64,000 bases of DNA from Pseudobdellovibrionaceae bacterium (GTDB lineage: Bacteria; Bdellovibrionota; Bdellovibrionia; Bdellovibrionales; UBA1609), in assembly GCA_015163855.1 (NCBI GenBank), contig JAAOIK010000007.1:28824-92823 (forward strand), read 5' to 3'. A program made the translations under genes and the position numbers. Every line of letters starts with the position of its first letter. The first letter of the stretch is position 1. A model generated the notes under the pieces. The model had not been told where the DNA came from. It did no database searches and saw nothing but the letters and a program-made list of their open reading frames with translations. Positions 59,585-64,000 of this stretch are shown one piece after another.

Positions 59585-60561
59585 AGCCTTGGCTGTATTT
59601 ACCTGCTAGTATTAGTCAAAAATTATTTTCTGTAGGAATAAAACTCTATTCCTTTTTTTGTTCAAAAAAACCCTTAAAATGGAACAAGCTAGAGTGGAAA
59701 GGCTTAAGCTTTCCCAACCCCCTTGGCATTGCAGGGGGCGTGGATAAAAATGCAACATTATTAAAACAATGGCCGCACTTAGGTTGTGGTTTTGTCGAAG
59801 TGGGCACAGTAACTCCTCTTTCACAAACCGCTAATGCTGGAAAAATTATTGCTCGAAACAACAAAGCCCTTTCTTTATGGAACCACATGGGCTTTCCCAA
59901 CAAAGGCTTAGATAATTTACAAAAACAATTAAAAAAAAATATACCCTACCCCATACCTCTTTTAATCAATGTTGGTAAAAACAGAAGTACTCCCTTACAA
60001 CAAGCCCATAAGGATTACATAAAATGTATGCATCAACTACAAGACTATGCAGATATTTTTGTCATTAATATTAGCAGCCCCAATACAGAAAGCTTACGAG
60101 AACTTTTTTTAAAAGATAATTTAAAAAGTTTTTTACAAAATTGCCTACAAAATAAAACCAAACCCACTTTGTTAAAAATTAGCCCTGATTTGTCGCAAAA
60201 AGAACTAGAGTATGTTTTAGATGTCTCTTGCCTTCTTTCTATTGATGGGTGGGTTGTGTCTAACACCATGCAATCTTTAAATGAAAAATTACACTTTCCC
60301 CTTCATAAGGGAGGAGTCTCTGGACTAGCTTTAGCACAAAAGGCTAAGTTACAGCTACAACACACTATAGAATACTTAACCAAGATACAGCAAAGAAAAG
60401 GTAAGCTTCTTATCTCTGTGGGAGGAATTTCTTCGGCCCTTGATATTAAAGAACGATTAAATATGGGCGCAGATTTGGTACAAGTTTACAGTGCTTTAGT
60501 CTTTCAAGGCCCTTCATTTTTCAAAAAAATAGACAAAAACATAAAAAAACCTTTATTATAA
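59581..60561 (+). CDS. pyrD: Dihydroorotate dehydrogenase (quinone)
   Basis: NPLGIAGGVDKNATLLKQWPHLGCGFVEVGTVTP, NHMGFPNKG, NISSPNTESLREL; TTG start overlapping the gdh stop. Confidence 0.92.
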   Translation: MKPWLYLPASISQKLFSVGIKLYSFFCSKKPLKWNKLEWKGLSFPNPLGIAGGVDKNATLLKQWPHLGCGFVEVGTVTPLSQTANAGKIIARNNKALSLWNHMGFPNKGLDNLQKQLKKNIPYPIPLLINVGKNRSTPLQQAHKDYIKCMHQLQDYADIFVINISSPNTESLRELFLKDNLKSFLQNCLQNKTKPTLLKISPDLSQKELEYVLDVSCLLSIDGWVVSNTMQSLNEKLHFPLHKGGVSGLALAQKAKLQLQHTIEYLTKIQQRKGKLLISVGGISSALDIKERLNMGADLVQVYSALVFQGPSFFKKIDKNIKKPLL

Positions 60562-60571
60562 GACAATACTT

Positions 60572-61825
60572 ATGTGGCCTTATAAAAAAAAAATTATTCC
60601 TAAAAAACTGCACATCTGCATGATTGCTAAAAATTTTCCTATATTGGGAATGACAGGTACTCATAGTTTTTTATGGCCTCTTGCAAGAAAAATAGTTGGC
60701 CTGGGCCACTCGGTAAGTGTTATTTCTTGGAAAAATTCACAAGGCAAAACCCATTTAGATCAAGATGGTGTTCGTGCGTATTTTTTAGGACACATTTATG
60801 AAAAAGTATCTTTAAAGCATTTTCCTGCTCTTTGCCATAAACAATTTTTACAACTACATAAAATTCATAAATTAGATATTGTTCATAGCATAGATAAAAC
60901 AGGTATCTTAATTGCTAAAAATAAAAGCCGATATAAAATTCCTGTAATTTTTGATATAGAAGCCACGGCCATATCGCAATATTTATTTTTAGCCTCGTTA
61001 AGCCAAGACAATATCCGTAGCTTTATTAAAATACACTTTAATTTACTGTATCGCTTTGTTATAAATTTTTTCCGATATGACAGAGAACTATTAAAGCAAG
61101 CCAGTGCAGTATTTGTAAGTAGCTCGCTACAAAGAAGTATTTTAGAACGCTACTTTTTCTTTCCCGACTATCACACCTACCTAGTTCCCTATGGATTAGA
61201 TGTGCAAGATTTTTCTTTGCAACCCAAACCTCCCCTATTACAAGAAAAACTTTTAATACCTAAGCAATCCAAAATTTTACTAACCATTAGTAATATGTCC
61301 GAGCTGGCGGGAATGCAAAATTTACTAAAATCTTTTACTAAAGTAGCTATTCAAAAACCTAGCACCCGTTTAATTATTATTGGTAGCGGACCTAATTATA
61401 ATAATATTCAACGCTTAATTTTAGATTTAGCCTTAGGAGACCATGTTCTTCTTATGGGCCAAGTGCCCAACTTAGAACTAATGGACTACATTGCTTTATC
61501 AGATGTTTTTATAAGTTTAACCCCCCATTCTTCGGGCTTTGACCCTAATTTAATTAATGCTATGGTACAAAAAAAAATTGTAATAGGCGCGGATATCAAT
61601 CCCATATCTTCTTTAATAAAAAACAATGTTAATGGCTTTTTAACTAAACCCTCTGACACAAACACTTTAAGCAAGCACCTTCTAGCCTCGGTTTTTGATA
61701 CCGAATCTACTTTAACACTAAGAGATAAGGCGCAAAGCACTGTGCATAAATTATTTGATCTTAATAAAATGGCTCAACAAACCATAGATGCTTATCGCAA
61801 TGTATTAAAAAAACACCCTTTATAA
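60572..61825 (+). CDS. Glycosyltransferase (GT4-like)
   Basis: LVPYGLDVQDFS, RLIIIGSGPNYNNIQRLILDLALGDHVLLMGQVPNLELMDYIALSDVFISLTPHSSGFDPNLINAMVQKKIVI. Confidence 0.88.
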   Translation: MWPYKKKIIPKKLHICMIAKNFPILGMTGTHSFLWPLARKIVGLGHSVSVISWKNSQGKTHLDQDGVRAYFLGHIYEKVSLKHFPALCHKQFLQLHKIHKLDIVHSIDKTGILIAKNKSRYKIPVIFDIEATAISQYLFLASLSQDNIRSFIKIHFNLLYRFVINFFRYDRELLKQASAVFVSSSLQRSILERYFFFPDYHTYLVPYGLDVQDFSLQPKPPLLQEKLLIPKQSKILLTISNMSELAGMQNLLKSFTKVAIQKPSTRLIIIGSGPNYNNIQRLILDLALGDHVLLMGQVPNLELMDYIALSDVFISLTPHSSGFDPNLINAMVQKKIVIGADINPISSLIKNNVNGFLTKPSDTNTLSKHLLASVFDTESTLTLRDKAQSTVHKLFDLNKMAQQTIDAYRNVLKKHPL

Positions 61826-61904
61826 ATATAAGCCTACTAACTAAAGACTAGAATTAGCTTTTTTTTCTTTTGCTCATCGACCCATTCTCCACTAATATAT
61901 ACTT

Positions 61905-62195
61905 ATGAAAAATTCTATTACTAAATCAGAACTTACAAAAAAATTGGCACAAAAAGCTAATGTCACTTATGTAAAAGCCGATTTAATTGTAAACAGTATT
62001 TGCCAAAAAATGATTGATTCTCTTTTGGAGGGAAAACGCATTGAAATACGAGGGTTTGGTAGCTTTATTATTAAACACTACAAAGCCTATCAAGGAAGAA
62101 ATCCTAGAACTGGAGAGCTAATTCATATTGCCGAAAAAAAGCTTCCTTTTTTTAAAGCAGGAAAAGAGTTAAGAAATAAACTAAATGCTAATTAG
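61905..62195 (+). CDS. HU/IHF family DNA-binding protein
   Basis: SITKSELTKKLAQKANVTYVKADLIVNSI, EIRGFGSFIIKHYKAYQGRNPRTGELIHIAEKKLPFFKAGKELR. Confidence 0.95.
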   Translation: MKNSITKSELTKKLAQKANVTYVKADLIVNSICQKMIDSLLEGKRIEIRGFGSFIIKHYKAYQGRNPRTGELIHIAEKKLPFFKAGKELRNKLNAN

Positions 62196-62707
62196 TTTTG
62201 ACTAATCCAATTAAAAACATCTTCGTGATGCGTTTTGGTTTTTACTTTTTCTATAATATGTTTTAATTTTCCATCCTTGCCAATAATAAAAGTTATTCTA
62301 TTAACTCCCATATACTCCCTACCCATAAATTTTTTTAAACCCCATACCCCATACTTTTCTGCTACTGCGTGATCCATATCTGAAAGCAAATCAAAATTGA
62401 GATTTTGCTTTTCTTGAAATTTGACTAAAGATTTAACTGGGTCTGGACTTAATCCAAAAACTACTACATCTTTGGCCGCAAATTGCTTTTTAAAGTCACG
62501 AATGCCCTTTGCCTGTACAGTACAGCCAGGAGTCATAGCTTTAGGGTAAAAGTACAATACTACGGTTTTTTGGTTATAAAAATCTTTTAAACTTATTTTT
62601 TCTTCGTCTTGATTAAATAAAGAAAACAATGGTGCTTTATTTCCAATTTTTGGTAATTTAAGATCGTCTACATTAGCCATAAAGCCTCCTTTTAGCACAC
62701 TTTGCAA
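62192..62707 (-). CDS. bcp: Peroxiredoxin, Bcp/PrxQ-like
   Basis: KAPLFSLFNQDEEKISLKDFYNQKTVVLYFYPKAMTPGCTVQAKGIRDFKKQF. Confidence 0.93.
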   Translation of the reverse strand: MQSVLKGGFMANVDDLKLPKIGNKAPLFSLFNQDEEKISLKDFYNQKTVVLYFYPKAMTPGCTVQAKGIRDFKKQFAAKDVVVFGLSPDPVKSLVKFQEKQNLNFDLLSDMDHAVAEKYGVWGLKKFMGREYMGVNRITFIIGKDGKLKHIIEKVKTKTHHEDVFNWISQN

Positions 62708-62816
62708 TGGATTGCCCTATAGTTGTACCCTAGCCTTTGTATTGTGCAATAAAATTTACTCCTTCTTGACAAAAAAAGTACTTTTTATTAAACCTACAGA
62801 TAAATAAGGGGAAAAA

Positions 62817-63368
62817 ATGCAAAAAAAAAGAATTCAAAAAATTACTACAGAGCTATTTTCTTTAATTAACAATAAAGAAGCTAAAAAAGAAATTCAAAAA
62901 ATTTCTAAAAATCTAAATAAAATTAAAAAAAATTTAGAAAAAGACTTTCAAAAAAAATCTAACAAAGTAAAAAAGTTATTTAAAGAAACTCATAAAGTAA
63001 ATATAGGCCCTATACAAACTAGCTTCATTCCTTCAAAAGTATATAAAAAAATAACTAAAGAAGCAGAACAAGTTTATGTTAACGGTAATGCAGAAATAAA
63101 CAAAATTTTAAAATTATCTAAAAAAGAAACGCAAAATAAAATTAATCAAGCCATGGTTATACAAGATTTAGTAGATGCTAAAATTAAAAAGCTTATGGAT
63201 AAATTATCAAAAACTACTAAGAAGAAAGCTAGCGCTAAAAAGAAAGCTACTAAAAAGAAATCCAGTACTAAAAAGAAAACTACTAAGAAGAAAGCTAGCA
63301 CTAAAAAGAAAGCTTCTAAGAAAAAAACTAGTACTAAAAAGAAATCTTCAGCAAAGAAAAAAAAGTAA
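62817..63368 (+). CDS. Lysine-rich histone H1-like protein
   Basis: C-terminal tail KKKASAKKKATKKKSSTKKKTTKKKASTKKKASKKKTSTKKKSSAKKKK on a Lys-rich helical N-terminal domain. Confidence 0.8.
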   Translation: MQKKRIQKITTELFSLINNKEAKKEIQKISKNLNKIKKNLEKDFQKKSNKVKKLFKETHKVNIGPIQTSFIPSKVYKKITKEAEQVYVNGNAEINKILKLSKKETQNKINQAMVIQDLVDAKIKKLMDKLSKTTKKKASAKKKATKKKSSTKKKTTKKKASTKKKASKKKTSTKKKSSAKKKK

Positions 63369-64000
63369 TGATAACTCGCCACATAGGCCCTAGCAAAAAA
63401 GAAACACAACAAATGTTAGAGGAGCTTGACTCCTCTTCATTAGATGAATTAATTAAAAAAAACTTACCTAAAGACATTTTATCCTCTGTTGAGGATAAAA
63501 GCAGTTTGTCAGAATTAGATTTTTTAAAATACGCTAGGTACATTGGTTCTAAAAATACCGTTTGGCGTAATTATATAGGCCAAGGCTATTACCCTAGTTT
63601 TTTACCTCCTGTTATACAAAAAAATATTTTATCTAACCCTAGCTGGTACACCGCCTACACTCCTTATCAGGCAGAAATTTCCCAAGGCCGATTAGAGGCT
63701 TTATTTAATTTTCAAACTATGGTGACCGAGCTTACAGGTATGGATATTTGCAATGCTTCTTTGCTAGATGAGGCCACCGCAGCTGCCGAAGCCATTAGCA
63801 TGGCGTGGAATATTGCACGGCAAAAAAAACACACAGCCTTTATTGATAAGTCCATTTTTTCTCAAAGCCTTGCGGTAGTAAAAACACGCAGTAAAGCTTT
63901 GGGTATAAAACTAATTATTGATGATATTAAAAACTTTACCCAGCATGACGACGATTTTTTTGCAGTGCTAGTGCAAAACCCTAATTCCAAAGGAGAGGTA
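63368..64000 (+). CDS. gcvP: Glycine dehydrogenase (decarboxylating) P protein, N-terminal part, truncated by window edge
   Basis: ATG at 63368 (TAATG overlap): MITRHIGPSKKETQQMLEEL...YTPYQAEISQGRLEALFNFQTMVTELTGMDICNASLLDEATAAAEAISMAW. Absent from the supplied ORF track because it runs off the window. Confidence 0.93.
   Translation, partial: MITRHIGPSKKETQQMLEELDSSSLDELIKKNLPKDILSSVEDKSSLSELDFLKYARYIGSKNTVWRNYIGQGYYPSFLPPVIQKNILSNPSWYTAYTPYQAEISQGRLEALFNFQTMVTELTGMDICNASLLDEATAAAEAISMAWNIARQKKHTAFIDKSIFSQSLAVVKTRSKALGIKLIIDDIKNFTQHDDDFFAVLVQNPNSKGEV

Noticed and set aside
63146-63412. Minus-strand ORF of Phe/Val/Leu repeats (FFLVLDFFLVAFF)
   Set aside because: Reverse complement of the lysine-rich histone-like tail; not a real membrane protein.
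1-64000. Search by eye for tRNA/rRNA genes, transposases, integrases, toxin-antitoxin pairs, restriction or defence genes
   Set aside because: None recognised; tRNAscan-SE, Infernal and a defence-system profile search would be needed to exclude small RNAs or divergent systems.

Overview
AT-rich bacterial chromosomal window that looks like vertically inherited core genome. Family signatures suggest a Bdellovibrionota/deltaproteobacterial-type Gram-negative, but this is an inference and no database was searched. I recognise no rRNA, tRNA, CRISPR array, transposase, phage or canonical defence island. Main content: (1) type II secretion genes in two blocks, gspD(partial)-gspE-gspF at the left edge and exbB/exbD-gspG-H-I-J-K-L-M-N at 39.4-47.3 kb; (2) rpmG-truA-rplM-rpsI; (3) a minus-strand smc-ftsY-Na/Pi symporter-gltX-typA block; (4) nusB, mutS, mpl, xth and fusA; (5) an S8 protease, an active/inactive M16 peptidase pair, a YHS protein and a LysR regulator; (6) ssb, a multicopper oxidase, relA/spoT, rlmN, gdh, pyrD, two glycosyltransferases, HU/IHF, bcp, a lysine-rich histone-like protein and the 5' end of gcvP. 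The strongest leads are: truA and gspJ with no ATG/GTG/TTG start available before their conserved N-termini, both with classical stop/start overlap geometry but ATA/ATT in place of ATG; three of five pseudopilins with Ala instead of Gly at the prepilin-peptidase -1 position; a 902-aa exported protein with eight exact-period 33-aa (99-bp) repeats; a 43-bp-arm hairpin filling the gap between two convergent stop codons; short tandem duplications overlapping or abutting stop codons; and an ExbB/ExbD motor pair leading the pseudopilin gene cluster. I do not see a clearly new multigene defence or mobile system.
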